Part shown: piece by piece, positions 28,730-38,098 of the stretch | Position numbering within the stretch: the stretch's first letter is position 1 | Layout of the letters: every line of letters begins with the position of its first letter | From: a virus | Lineage: Duplodnaviria > Caudoviricetes | Reading direction: 5' to 3' (one strand) | Virus record (IMG/VR): IMGVR_UViG_3300031853_000029 | Coordinates: 6,657-70,656 of that record | DNA: 64,000 bases | The notes under the pieces: generated by a model | What the model saw: the letters and a program-made list of their open reading frames with translations, nothing else | Told to the model about the DNA's origin: nothing | The model's database searches: none | Translations under genes and position numbers: made by a program

Positions 28730-28933
28730 ATGTGGTTGGCAAGATTTTTGCTTGACGTGGTGGTCTGCATCGGCATCCTTGCGGCAATACCAAAGCTGCT
28801 TGGCACCGGGGTGGATCTGATCGGACGGATTGCAGGCTCAATCAACTGTATGGTACGAAAATTATTCAGGTTGGATGACGACCGTGCCTGGGGAATGGAC
28901 AAGAAAAACAACGAGTACAAGAGTAATTTCTGA
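28730..28933 (+). CDS. Small membrane protein
   Basis: AAGGAGG RBS; hydrophobic N-terminus. Confidence 0.6.
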   Translation: MWLARFLLDVVVCIGILAAIPKLLGTGVDLIGRIAGSINCMVRKLFRLDDDRAWGMDKKNNEYKSNF

Positions 28934-28965
28934 AGACTCGGAGGGCTTCTTGTCCTCCCCTTTTT

Positions 28966-28991
28966 CGCGGAAATTACATGCCTCCTAATGG
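28966..28991 (+). promoter_or_regulatory. 26-bp repeated motif, copy 14
   Basis: CGCGGAAATTACATGCCTCCTAATGG. Confidence 0.75.
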
Positions 28992-29023
28992 TAGAGACTA
29001 TATTATTTTTAGGAGGTATCGGT

Positions 29024-29251
29024 ATGAACATGATTATCTTTGTGGTTTCTGTGGCGGCAGCTATTGCGCTTGGAACAGTCGGAAGCTATATCTTAATGAT
29101 GAAGCTTTTGACTTCCAAGAAAGGGAAAAAAGCTGTGATCGACTACAGCAAGGAGTTGTCAGATGTCACATACGAACTTGTTAAGGCTAACATGGCCGAC
29201 ACCAAAAAATGGACGGAACTGATGACTGGAGCGGCGTTCGAAGAAGAATGA
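29024..29251 (+). CDS. Small membrane protein
   Basis: AGGAGG RBS; N-terminal TM. Confidence 0.6.
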   Translation: MNMIIFVVSVAAAIALGTVGSYILMMKLLTSKKGKKAVIDYSKELSDVTYELVKANMADTKKWTELMTGAAFEEE

Positions 29252-29310
29252 CCGCTGGCGGACACAGTTCCGCCTTTTTTCTTTTCCAATCGACTGAAAG
29301 GGGAAAAAGA

Positions 29311-29727
29311 ATGAGCAAGAAGTTTTATGCGATCTTTCACGGCTACGATACGGACGGAGGATTTGGAGACGCCATTCCTCAGGAAACAATGATGGGCATC
29401 GTCGAGGCGACTGAAGAAGAGATCGAAGCGTTCATTAAGAAATGGGACAAGCCTGTCGTTTATGATCATCCTTATGACGATCTGTGCTGTCACAACGTTC
29501 GGGCTGAAGAGATCAAGATCTGCGATCTTAACACGCTGAATCCGTACGGCAAACGAGATTATTACGGCCTTTGGGCCAAGATGTATGAGTTTGGAGAAGC
29601 TTTCAAGGCCCAGCACGGTGATAACTGGAATCAATCTGATAAGCATGATGAGCTTTATGAGCTTTACTCCAACGGTCTGGAAGAAATCCGAAGGAAACAT
29701 GCGGAGGAGCATAATGAATCGATCTGA
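29311..29727 (+). CDS. Hypothetical protein
   Basis: ATG 29311 after AAGGGG. Confidence 0.6.
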   Translation: MSKKFYAIFHGYDTDGGFGDAIPQETMMGIVEATEEEIEAFIKKWDKPVVYDHPYDDLCCHNVRAEEIKICDLNTLNPYGKRDYYGLWAKMYEFGEAFKAQHGDNWNQSDKHDELYELYSNGLEEIRRKHAEEHNESI

Positions 29728-29887
29728 TATTTGTCCGAGCTGCAGGAAGCAGCTGAGATGGTCGCCGCCGGATCGAATTGGTTTTGAAGCCGGCTTTTAT
29801 TATTGCCCGAAGTGCAAATACAAGCGGTACGAAGGATGTGAGCGGAACATCTGGAACTTCCGAATTCGGAAAGGAAAAAGAGGATGA
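29714..29887 (+). CDS. Zinc-ribbon mini-protein
   Basis: CPSC...CPKC; GGAGG RBS. Confidence 0.55.
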   Translation: MNRSDICPSCRKQLRWSPPDRIGFEAGFYYCPKCKYKRYEGCERNIWNFRIRKGKRG

Positions 29888-30255
29888 TAAAACGTGCCGA
29901 AGAAGCAAAAATGGCCGAGAGCCACTCTTTCAATGCGGTTAACAGAGTCGAGTTTCAAAGTATAGCCGAGCCTGATGATCCGTACAGGCTGCTTGCAGCG
30001 GCAGTCATCCTGCAGGCAGCAATTGACGAGATTAAAGGACAGGAAAAGTTTTACTGGGATTACGGACGTAAGGTCTGGGTCCGAAGCGGTATGTGTGACG
30101 AGGATTACCTGTTTTATGCGGATCTTGTCGGATTGAACGTTACCTACGCCGAATTTCTGGCGGGAATTTCAAAAAAGCTCAAACAAAAAATGAACCGATG
30201 CACTCCCGACGCTGCGGGAATGGTATTGGCGACGATTACAGGGAGGGAAAGATGA
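29884..30255 (+). CDS. Hypothetical phage protein
   Basis: DPYRLLAAAVILQA motif; ATGA coupling. Confidence 0.6.
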   Translation: MIKRAEEAKMAESHSFNAVNRVEFQSIAEPDDPYRLLAAAVILQAAIDEIKGQEKFYWDYGRKVWVRSGMCDEDYLFYADLVGLNVTYAEFLAGISKKLKQKMNRCTPDAAGMVLATITGRER

Positions 30256-30926
30256 ATATCACAACACTTGACGTACATGGAATGATGCCCGCTATGCATG
30301 CTATGAGGAACCCGATGAATAGCTGGGACCGGTCAGACACCTATATGGCTTTGAAGAAAGCGGAAGAGATGACAGATCCCGGACCGATATTCAAGATATT
30401 TGAACCGGAAGGGGTTATGGTCGGAGAAAACGACAAGACGCTGAGCATGAAACTGCAAAAGGCCGGCCCCGAGCACTGCAAGCACCTACGGATGATTATG
30501 GTGTGGGCGGATATCGAGGCGCCAAGATACTGGTGGCAGGAGTTCGACACATACCGCCAGGGCGTAGAGAAGGTCAGCTGCAGCACGATGCACAAGCTGA
30601 CGAGCCAGGAGCTAACGGACGAAGACTTTGAGGTTGAAAAGAGCAACGCCTGGGCGTACAACCACATGCGGCTTGTCAAATACGATCTGAACACGATGAT
30701 TCACGAATACAAAAACGAGAAAGACCCTGCGGAGAAGGAAGAAATCTGGCGCAACCTGATTCAGAACCTGCCGCAGAGTTATATTCAGAAGCGCACGGTT
30801 ATGATGAGTTACGCCGCGCTGAGAAACATCGTCAGACAGCGTGAGGGGCACAAGCTGCGCGAATGGAAGACCTTCATTGACTGGGCCCGGACGCTGCCGG
30901 AAAGCTGGATGATCTTTGATGAATAA
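30252..30926 (+). CDS. ThyX-like (FAD-dependent thymidylate synthase-like) protein
   Basis: AMRNPMNSW, HCKHLRMI.V...APRYWWQEFDTYR, SCSTMH, LPQSY...SYAALRNI...R.GHKL.EW; canonical RHR motif is divergent. Confidence 0.7.
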   Translation: MNITTLDVHGMMPAMHAMRNPMNSWDRSDTYMALKKAEEMTDPGPIFKIFEPEGVMVGENDKTLSMKLQKAGPEHCKHLRMIMVWADIEAPRYWWQEFDTYRQGVEKVSCSTMHKLTSQELTDEDFEVEKSNAWAYNHMRLVKYDLNTMIHEYKNEKDPAEKEEIWRNLIQNLPQSYIQKRTVMMSYAALRNIVRQREGHKLREWKTFIDWARTLPESWMIFDE

Positions 30927-31101
30927 CACGGTTTTCAAGCTCATTGGCATTGACGAAGACGACAACACTTTGTTCCGGTGCAGTTTCTGCGGAAACGTTA
31001 TCCCGCTCGAAAGCGACGGCTCCGGAGACATCGAACTGGCCCGTTTAAGCGACACATGCCCCGAATGCGGGGCTTATATTTTTAGAATCGACCTGGACTA
31101 A
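30916..31101 (+). CDS. Zinc-ribbon mini-protein
   Basis: CSFC...CPEC. Confidence 0.55.
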   Translation: MMNNTVFKLIGIDEDDNTLFRCSFCGNVIPLESDGSGDIELARLSDTCPECGAYIFRIDLD

Positions 31102-31116
31102 GAAGGAGGAGCGTAC

Positions 31117-31317
31117 ATGTTACCTGCAGATGTGGAGATCAGACGGGTACCCGGAGAAAACATTTATGATCTGTATGTGAACGGACACTTCAAAGACTTT
31201 TATAAAACCTTCGGCGAGGCAGCGCTCGGCGCCGAAAAGGCCCTCGAAGGTTGTACGGATATTGTCCAGCAGTGGAAAGAAATGCCGCCCAAGAAAGGCA
31301 AGGTGAGACGCAGATGA
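31117..31317 (+). CDS. Hypothetical protein
   Basis: AAGGAGG RBS. Confidence 0.6.
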   Translation: MLPADVEIRRVPGENIYDLYVNGHFKDFYKTFGEAALGAEKALEGCTDIVQQWKEMPPKKGKVRRR

Positions 31318-31760
31318 CAGCGCAAAAACGATTCAGGCCCACGCCGTGCCCTGACTGCGGCACGAAGCCCAGCCTGTGGGAGGTCACTTTTTTCGGATAC
31401 AGGTCTCCGAAATTCAAGGTTGAATGCCCGGAATGCAAGAAAAAGACGAACTTTTATGATACGGCCCGCGGTGCCGCTTCCGCATGGGAGCGAGGGACCT
31501 ATATGATTCCCAGGGAGGACCGGGAGAATCTCGACAACGACAGCATTGCGGAGCTCATGGGAAAAATCATGGAAGAAATAAATAAGGATTACCAGCGGAT
31601 CGCTTCCGGGCACACCCCGTCCAGATGGGAAAGGACATATATTAAAGAACTTGAAGAATTCGTGATTGAAAATCCGTACATGCTCCCCTACGACCGGGAA
31701 TACGTCGTCGAAGAGATGAGGCGGCAAGCTGAAAAAACGCGAAAAAAGCAGGCTTCTTAA
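31314..31760 (+). CDS. Lar-like (restriction alleviation) zinc-ribbon protein
   Basis: PTPCPDCG...VECPEC...A..AW pattern in N-terminal half. Confidence 0.5.
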   Translation: MTAQKRFRPTPCPDCGTKPSLWEVTFFGYRSPKFKVECPECKKKTNFYDTARGAASAWERGTYMIPREDRENLDNDSIAELMGKIMEEINKDYQRIASGHTPSRWERTYIKELEEFVIENPYMLPYDREYVVEEMRRQAEKTRKKQAS

Positions 31761-31763
31761 TGG
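31738..31763 (+). promoter_or_regulatory. 26-bp repeated motif, copy 15
   Basis: CGCGAAAAAAGCAGGCTTCTTAATGG, overlapping the end of the upstream CDS. Confidence 0.7.
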
Positions 31764-31791
31764 ACGGATATAAAAAAGGAGGTATTCTACA

Positions 31792-32103
31792 ATGAGAGAA
31801 AAGAAAACCTGGTGGCCAAAACGGAAAGCTATGGCGGCACTGGACAAGAAGATTGTCGAAGTCAGCAAGAAACTTGCGGAAGCAAGCGCACTGACGGACA
31901 TCCAGCGGTATCAGCATCAGCTTGATCAGCTTCTGGAATTGAGGGAGAAACTTAAAAAACCCAAAATCCCGAAGGAGGTCTGGGTTGAGGTATTGAAGAT
32001 CGCGGGCATGGCGTTGGCTCTTGGCGCAGTGATCAAGTATGACAAAGATGGTCATGTGCTGCCTAATCGACTTGAAAAATGGGTACCGGGACCGAGGTTG
32101 TGA
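31792..32103 (+). CDS. Coiled-coil protein with Gly/Ala hydrophobic segment
   Basis: AAGGAGG RBS. Confidence 0.65.
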   Translation: MREKKTWWPKRKAMAALDKKIVEVSKKLAEASALTDIQRYQHQLDQLLELREKLKKPKIPKEVWVEVLKIAGMALALGAVIKYDKDGHVLPNRLEKWVPGPRL

Positions 32104-32190
32104 TACCAAGGTCCGGCCAAAATGAACGGAGAGTTCGCAATTTGCGGGCTCTCTTTCTTTTCTGCGACTTATATTTGCGGAGGTGTTGGT

Positions 32191-32406
32191 ATGAACGTGT
32201 ATGCCGTGATTATTTCATGTGAATGCGACGATAGCTATTATCCCGATTACGACAACCTTTATTGCGTATGCTCTACGAAAGAAAAAGCAGATCGAGTCGC
32301 GGAGGCTCTAGAAAAAGAAAACAAAGGCGCAGATTCGTATATGTTCAATGGCGCACGGGTCGTGGAATATGTTCTGGATGATGCGGAGGAGCTTGAAAAT
32401 GATTGA
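32191..32406 (+). CDS. Hypothetical protein
   Basis: GGAGG RBS; MNVYAVII...LYCVCSTKEKA. Confidence 0.6.
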   Translation: MNVYAVIISCECDDSYYPDYDNLYCVCSTKEKADRVAEALEKENKGADSYMFNGARVVEYVLDDAEELEND

Positions 32407-32587
32407 GCTTAAACTGAAGCCGTATTGCCAGCACTGCGGCGGATTTGAGGCGGAAACCAGGCATCAGGTACTTTTCAGCGGAGCGGATATTTATGAGGAC
32501 TCGACGATCATTGTATGCGAAAATGCCCTGAAATGCGAGAACCTTTACAATTATATCTGCCGGAGCATGGAGGACAAAAGGCAATAA
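32399..32587 (+). CDS. Cys-rich mini-protein
   Basis: YCQHC...C...C. Confidence 0.55.
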   Translation: MIELKLKPYCQHCGGFEAETRHQVLFSGADIYEDSTIIVCENALKCENLYNYICRSMEDKRQ

Positions 32588-32590
32588 ATT

Positions 32591-32616
32591 CGCGAAAAAA
32601 GCACGCCTCTTAGTGG
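32591..32616 (+). promoter_or_regulatory. 26-bp repeated motif, copy 16
   Basis: CGCGAAAAAAGCACGCCTCTTAGTGG. Confidence 0.7.
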
Positions 32617-32652
32617 GAGACCTAATATATCAAAACAAGGAGGATTCTCAGC

Positions 32653-32982
32653 ATGGGAGAGAACGGAACGAAGAAGGTAACTGGTATTCCTGAGAACGAA
32701 ACCCTGCTTCAGAAAGCGAAGCGGAAGGCCATGACGGCCGTGAACTGGGGCAAAACCCACTGGAAGGGGCTCGCGATCGGCGCGGTTGCCATCGGCGGAG
32801 GAGCATACATGCTCAGCCGGCGGGGCAGCAATGACGATGGAGAGACTGTTCCAAGCGGATATGCCCTCGGGGACGGAGAGACCGCCCGCGAGGCGATTAA
32901 CAGGGTATTCGACTCGGAAACCGGCGACGGATCCGACATCGGACCCGATGACGATGAACCCGACGAAGTTGATGAATATTGA
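32653..32982 (+). CDS. Membrane-anchored protein with acidic tail
   Basis: GLAIGAVAIGGGAYML glycine-zipper TM; AAGGAGG RBS. Confidence 0.65.
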   Translation: MGENGTKKVTGIPENETLLQKAKRKAMTAVNWGKTHWKGLAIGAVAIGGGAYMLSRRGSNDDGETVPSGYALGDGETAREAINRVFDSETGDGSDIGPDDDEPDEVDEY

Positions 32983-33053
32983 TGACCCGACAAGCGGAGA
33001 CGCTGTGTAAGCAGCTCTCTGCTTTTCTTTTCGACCGGGGAGGAGCGCAGAAT

Positions 33054-34055
33054 ATGCTGGTACACAAGAATGGAGACAGTGAAGATATTCTTGGCTTTAT
33101 ATGCGATATGTGCACCACCTTTACTTCCATGGACGTTATTCCCAACGAACACGGGGAATTTCGTTATATTTGTCCCAAGTGCGGACACAAGATGAAGGAA
33201 ACGCTCGAGACGGAGACAAATGAGGAGGAAACAAAAATGGTAAATGCTTACACGGTATCGAACGCGGCGAAAAGACTTAATTGCTGCGCGTCTACAGTTG
33301 TCAGGGCGATTCAGGACGGCAGATTCCATGACTGTTTTATGGAGACCGGTTATCACGGACGGCCTGCGTGGATGATTCCCAGCGACCAGGTCGAAGAATG
33401 GGTCAGCAAAGGCGGGTTCCTTCAGACTACGAGTCCCAAAAGCAAGTTTATGAGTCGCAGCCAGGTACGGGCAGCGCTTGAGAAGGCGAAGGAAGAAGCT
33501 GCCAGCAAGCAGAAGAAAGCCAACGTTACCGGCGAGACTATTGCTAAACGCGACGCAAGCGGAAAGCCTATTGCCGGACGTTACCCCTGGGACAAAGACG
33601 AAAACGTAAGGAAGGTGTTCGATCCTGAGATCGGGAAGGACGTGCCGGTGCTGGATCTGCTGAGCGAGGAGGACCGGAAGCCTGTGCCCGAGCCTGCTCC
33701 CGCCAGGCCGATGAACGAATTCGAGAAGCGGGCTGTGCGCAGGGTCGCCGGACAGAAATATGTAAAGGTGTTGGACAGGACGACGAAGGAGAAAATGGAG
33801 GAGATCAAGATGGAGAACGTTCGCAATAAAGAGATCCTGAAGAACTTTGCTGAGGAAACACCGTTCCTTCCTGTGAATCCGGGCCCGGTGGTACGGACGG
33901 ATAACGGCTTTGCCATCACCTTCCCTGCCGAGCTGATCAATGACATGGTGCAGAAGCAGCTCAAGGGCGAGATCGCCGGCCGGCTGGCTCAGCTTCGGGC
34001 AGCGTTTGACCAGATGAACGAGGAGCTGAAGAAGCTGGAGGAGGTGATCGCATGA
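33054..34055 (+). CDS. Zinc-ribbon plus excisionase-like HTH protein
   Basis: CDMC/CPKC then YTVSNAAKRLNCCASTVVRAIQDG...WMIP; internal RBS and ATG at ~33237. Confidence 0.65.
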   Translation: MLVHKNGDSEDILGFICDMCTTFTSMDVIPNEHGEFRYICPKCGHKMKETLETETNEEETKMVNAYTVSNAAKRLNCCASTVVRAIQDGRFHDCFMETGYHGRPAWMIPSDQVEEWVSKGGFLQTTSPKSKFMSRSQVRAALEKAKEEAASKQKKANVTGETIAKRDASGKPIAGRYPWDKDENVRKVFDPEIGKDVPVLDLLSEEDRKPVPEPAPARPMNEFEKRAVRRVAGQKYVKVLDRTTKEKMEEIKMENVRNKEILKNFAEETPFLPVNPGPVVRTDNGFAITFPAELINDMVQKQLKGEIAGRLAQLRAAFDQMNEELKKLEEVIA

Positions 34056-34294
34056 CTTTGAAGACTCTGATTGATCTGCTGAATAAGGCTGTTGACGAAG
34101 AAAAATTGAATCCAGACGGAGAAGTTGTCGCCGCCACGCTTAACGGTGCGATTCAGGCCGACGAAGAGGCCCTGATGGAACAGGTCGAAAAAGATAATAA
34201 CGACGGGATGTTTTATATTTTACTGACACTCCCGGATGATCCGAAATACTACCAGGTCTTTTCCACTGTTTACAAAGAGGAGGAAGCCGAATGA
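34052..34294 (+). CDS. Hypothetical protein
   Basis: ATGA coupling, GGAGG RBS. Confidence 0.6.
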   Translation: MTLKTLIDLLNKAVDEEKLNPDGEVVAATLNGAIQADEEALMEQVEKDNNDGMFYILLTLPDDPKYYQVFSTVYKEEEAE

Positions 34295-34617
34295 AGATCT
34301 TTATCAGTCAGCCGATGAAGGGACTGACCCCCGACCAGGTTGAATTCGTGTACAAAAACGCAGTCGACGACATTCGAGGTCGGATGCCAAAGGACGTACC
34401 TATCGAGATTCTAAGCACACGCAAATACGAGCTTCCTTACGAACTGCGCAAGGGGCGCAATGAACGGATGTGCTACTGGAGCCATGCGCTGCAGGTGCTC
34501 AGCATGGCGGACGCCATCTATTTGTGCCCAGGGTGGCAAAACGCCGACGGTTGTACGGTCGAGGCGAACGTAGCCAGACTGTGCGGACTGCCAGTTCTCG
34601 GGCCGGAGGTAGCGTGA
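34291..34617 (+). CDS. DUF4406 / nucleoside 2-deoxyribosyltransferase-like protein
   Basis: MKIFISQPMKG...LSMADAIYLCPGWQNADGCTVE. Confidence 0.7.
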   Translation: MKIFISQPMKGLTPDQVEFVYKNAVDDIRGRMPKDVPIEILSTRKYELPYELRKGRNERMCYWSHALQVLSMADAIYLCPGWQNADGCTVEANVARLCGLPVLGPEVA

Positions 34618-34880
34618 TGATGACAGGCATTCGGCAGGGTCGATGCGAATTTGCCGATATGAATAACAAAAAACGGAAGATGATCTGGACCGTAGGGATC
34701 GACTATGATCTGAGGATCGACAAAAAGCACAAAATCCCGAAGTCTGATCTCTGGATGCTCAAGATTCAGATTGATGATGAAGTATGCGCCTGGTTCGACG
34801 AAGGGGGCTGGAAGAAGCGTCCTCCCCTTTTCGGCGTGGCCAGAGACGCATATAAGGTCGTACGGACATTATATTCCTGA
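34617..34880 (+). CDS. Hypothetical protein
   Basis: TGATG coupling. Confidence 0.5.
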   Translation: MMTGIRQGRCEFADMNNKKRKMIWTVGIDYDLRIDKKHKIPKSDLWMLKIQIDDEVCAWFDEGGWKKRPPLFGVARDAYKVVRTLYS

Positions 34881-34893
34881 GGAGGAAATCATA

Positions 34894-35478
34894 ATGCATT
34901 GCTGCGTCTATCTTTTCACCAAAGAACTTCCGAATGATGAGCAGATTCAAAAGATCATGGAACCGTACAGCGAGTATAATCCGGACCAAGTCTGCAGCGA
35001 CATCAGCTGGGATTCTTGGATCGTTGGCGGAAGGTACGGAGGTTTGCTAAAGCTACGATGTTCCGAAGAGGATGAAAAGTATGAATGGAACTACTACATT
35101 AACACTCCGAGAGGCGGACGATTGTTCAGATGTGATTTTCTTGAAACTCTGTTGCGTATTTATAGAGACAGGCCGATTCCAATATCCGGTTTTTACAGTT
35201 TCAATAGCATAGAAGATAATTTCCTTATTCATAGCGGCATGCGTGACGGATACATTTACATAGACGGATGCAAAATATCTGATCTTTACAATTCCGAGGA
35301 GCTTATAGATCACGGATACGGTTTTATTGATGACGCGTTCGGCATGCAGAGCACACGAGAACACTGGGATCGAGAAACGCTATCGTTCACCGGTAACCCA
35401 GAATATGAAAGCGAACTGAAGACTGCTTTTGATCGAAATAAAGACGGCTATATCACCATTCTTGATCTGCATAGCTAA
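34894..35478 (+). CDS. Hypothetical phage protein
   Basis: GAGGAGG RBS; WDSWIVGGRY motif. Confidence 0.65.
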   Translation: MHCCVYLFTKELPNDEQIQKIMEPYSEYNPDQVCSDISWDSWIVGGRYGGLLKLRCSEEDEKYEWNYYINTPRGGRLFRCDFLETLLRIYRDRPIPISGFYSFNSIEDNFLIHSGMRDGYIYIDGCKISDLYNSEELIDHGYGFIDDAFGMQSTREHWDRETLSFTGNPEYESELKTAFDRNKDGYITILDLHS

Positions 35479-35491
35479 GGAGGAAACAAAG

Positions 35492-35779
35492 ATGGATGAA
35501 AACTTTCATAAGAACGTCATCTGGGCCAAGGCTCTCTCGTTTTTCGAGGGGGTCTGCTTTTTTATGGCCGGTTTGTGCGCCGTCCTTTCGGGCTCGATCC
35601 TTGGTTATATTTCAGGCGCCCTGCTGATCGTTGCCGCGTGCTGCAGCCTGTTCCCTGTATTTGTCGGCGGAGACAGTTTCTGGATCGGCATTGGGGCAAG
35701 TCTGGCGAAAGACGATGACTTTACTGAATACGGAGAGCGACTGGAGGAGATGAAGCAGCATGAAAATGAGGATCTTTAA
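35492..35779 (+). CDS. Membrane protein (2 TM)
   Basis: AAGGAGG RBS; hydrophobic. Confidence 0.6.
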   Translation: MDENFHKNVIWAKALSFFEGVCFFMAGLCAVLSGSILGYISGALLIVAACCSLFPVFVGGDSFWIGIGASLAKDDDFTEYGERLEEMKQHENEDL

Positions 35780-36308
35780 TAACCTGGTGGCAGGCGTCAT
35801 TGCGATTATCAGCGTATTAGCTCTCATTGCCGTACTGACAGGCCAGCATACGCTGTTCGGCATTCTCGCGGCATCCGTATCCACGGTTGTGGCGATCGGC
35901 ATGTATCTGCGGACGCTGATCGGCACGGCGGCGCTCAGCGTGGCGGATAAGCAGCAGAAACTTATGTTCATCGCCATCGCCCAGAAAAGAAACCAGGACG
36001 TTGTAAACGAATTCGCGAAGTGGATGGAGACCGACGACACAGACTTTATGGGCGCAAAGATCTGTAATTTGGTCGAGGTAGTTGACGAAAGCGGTAAACT
36101 GGCCGGATTCTGGCTGCTTCTGGTCGGAACGCGGGATATTTACGATAAAATCCGAATAGCTATAAAGGACACAAACACCGTGCTTGACTACTGGCCAATT
36201 GACCGGAAAAAGTATGCCCAGTTAATCCTGGACGACTATACGGAATACGAAAACGCGGAGGTTGTCGAGGCGGAGGACCTGGACATTCCGATGGAACTTA
36301 AGGGGTGA
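35760..36308 (+). CDS. Membrane protein (2 N-terminal TM)
   Basis: Hydrophobic N-terminal half. Confidence 0.6.
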   Translation: MKMRIFNNLVAGVIAIISVLALIAVLTGQHTLFGILAASVSTVVAIGMYLRTLIGTAALSVADKQQKLMFIAIAQKRNQDVVNEFAKWMETDDTDFMGAKICNLVEVVDESGKLAGFWLLLVGTRDIYDKIRIAIKDTNTVLDYWPIDRKKYAQLILDDYTEYENAEVVEAEDLDIPMELKG

Positions 36309-36676
36309 AACAATTGCTGAATCCGATATTCCAAGCCTGCCTTGAGGACGGCAACAACTACACCGTTCAGGACATCGAGGGCAACGAGGACACTTTTCAC
36401 ATGGCAACTTTTGTCCGGATGTACAAGATGGGTATTCCCTGCGTATGCTGGCTGACCCATAATGGCGAGAAGGACGTGTACTGGAATCAGTGGCAGATCT
36501 TTGATCTGATCAGACAAAACGACATTCACCCGACATGGATGAGAAAGGAAGACCACGATGAGTTATACAAAAACGCTTTTCCGGCAGGCATGGAGGTTTG
36601 TAGAACGGAATTCACAGGTTATCCTCGCCGGAATGAGCATGGCCAGCACCGTAGGCGCCGTCGTACTCGCAGCTGA
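36305..36676 (+). CDS. Hypothetical protein
   Basis: GTGA coupling. Confidence 0.55.
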   Translation: MKQLLNPIFQACLEDGNNYTVQDIEGNEDTFHMATFVRMYKMGIPCVCWLTHNGEKDVYWNQWQIFDLIRQNDIHPTWMRKEDHDELYKNAFPAGMEVCRTEFTGYPRRNEHGQHRRRRRTRS

Positions 36677-37364
36677 GGCGACGCCGAAAGCGATGCAGAT
36701 CATTACGGACGAGGAATGGACCCGCCATGAGCTGCTGGAGCCGAAAGAAAAGATCAAACTGACCTGGAAATGTTATATTCCGGCCGCAGGACTGACGCTG
36801 CTGAGCTGTGCATGCACATTGGGCGGAACCAAAATCGGACTCGGCAAGCAGGCAGAGCTGATGAGCATGGTGGCGGCGGGTGAAAATTTGTACGAACGGT
36901 ATCGTCAGAAGGTGCAGAATGCCCTTGGAAACGAAGAGGAGAACAAAATCCAGGCAGCCATGGCCCGGGAGCAGTTTGAGAAAGGGCCTGTGATCAAGCA
37001 GGAGAACGGCGGAGGCCTGATCATGCCGGCGTCACTTGGTATCTATGACACGGGGGAAGGAGACGAGCTGATTCTGGAGGCATGGACGGGCAAACTGATC
37101 CGTAGCAGTGAGCAGGCACTGATGAACCACTGCGCTGCGTTCAATCAGCTGTGCAGCAACGCACCGGCAACCTTCTTCCCCATGACAGACTTCTATTATG
37201 AGGCCAACATGCCGGTTCCTCTCGGTGCCCATATTGTCGGATATTCCTCGGAATATCGGATGAACGGTGTGCGGTTCGAATGGGATTCTCCAGCCCATGT
37301 ATACAAGATCATGACATACGAAAACAACCCGAAGGCGGAGTTTAATCTCGGAACGTACAGATAA
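36558..37364 (+). CDS. DUF6353-like protein, paralog 1
   Basis: SQVILAGM...AAEATPKAMQII...CYIPAA; similar to 44586..45551. Confidence 0.7.
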   Translation: MSYTKTLFRQAWRFVERNSQVILAGMSMASTVGAVVLAAEATPKAMQIITDEEWTRHELLEPKEKIKLTWKCYIPAAGLTLLSCACTLGGTKIGLGKQAELMSMVAAGENLYERYRQKVQNALGNEEENKIQAAMAREQFEKGPVIKQENGGGLIMPASLGIYDTGEGDELILEAWTGKLIRSSEQALMNHCAAFNQLCSNAPATFFPMTDFYYEANMPVPLGAHIVGYSSEYRMNGVRFEWDSPAHVYKIMTYENNPKAEFNLGTYR

Positions 37365-37493
37365 GGAGACGAAGGCTGAAAGAGAGGTGATGCCAATGAA
37401 AACGATTGATGCAATGAAAAGCATATCTGATATAAAGATACCTCAGCTATTGAGCCCCTAAAAAGGGGCATAAATAAAGGTCGGTGAAGTGGG

Positions 37494-37841
37494 ATGAAAC
37501 ACCCGGAATATGATTCACCTTTTGAATTAGTTGTGAGTAATATAGCAACTCAAGCGGCAAAGAACATTGATGAAATGTGTTGGCAAGCGGTGCAACGGGT
37601 CGGAATCAACGTGGACAAAGAAAAACTGCTTATCGCCTTAAAACAGGATGCGGAACGTTACCGTGAAGCATATAAAAACGGTTACGATACCGGATATGAA
37701 AAGCGTGACGATGACATTGTACGGTGCAAGGATTGTATCTATTTTAATGATTATTTCGTTGAATGCGATAAGGGGCATGATCCAAAACCACCGTACGATA
37801 AGTGGTTCTGCGCTGACGGGGAAAGAGGTGAAGCGGAATGA
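37494..37841 (+). CDS. Hypothetical phage protein
   Basis: VRCKDC...WFCADGER motif. Confidence 0.6.
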   Translation: MKHPEYDSPFELVVSNIATQAAKNIDEMCWQAVQRVGINVDKEKLLIALKQDAERYREAYKNGYDTGYEKRDDDIVRCKDCIYFNDYFVECDKGHDPKPPYDKWFCADGERGEAE

Positions 37842-38047
37842 CTAAAACGTTTTGCGACAGGTGCGGTAAAGAGATAACGAAAAAATACGGATGGATCATA
37901 CATAGGAGGCTATACGCAAGTATAACACTTTTCTCAGGAAATGAGCATGCCGAATGGTCTGATCCAACTGATCGATACGTATGCCCGGAATGCGAGGATA
38001 GCTATGTTCATTGGTTTATGAATCCAGAAATGCAAGATAAGCGGTGA
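37838..38047 (+). CDS. Zinc-finger mini-protein
   Basis: FCDRCG...CPEC. Confidence 0.6.
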   Translation: MTKTFCDRCGKEITKKYGWIIHRRLYASITLFSGNEHAEWSDPTDRYVCPECEDSYVHWFMNPEMQDKR

Positions 38048-38098
38048 AGAGGAAGCTGATAAAACTATATTTGTATAGATTAAAGGAGGAGTAGATCG

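Noticed and set aside
23898-28991. CRISPR array interpretation of the repeated 26-bp motif
   Set aside because: Repeats are degenerate and non-palindromic, spacing varies from ~160 to 1500 bp and contains RBS-led genes; no cas operon (the Cas4-like nuclease sits in the replication module).
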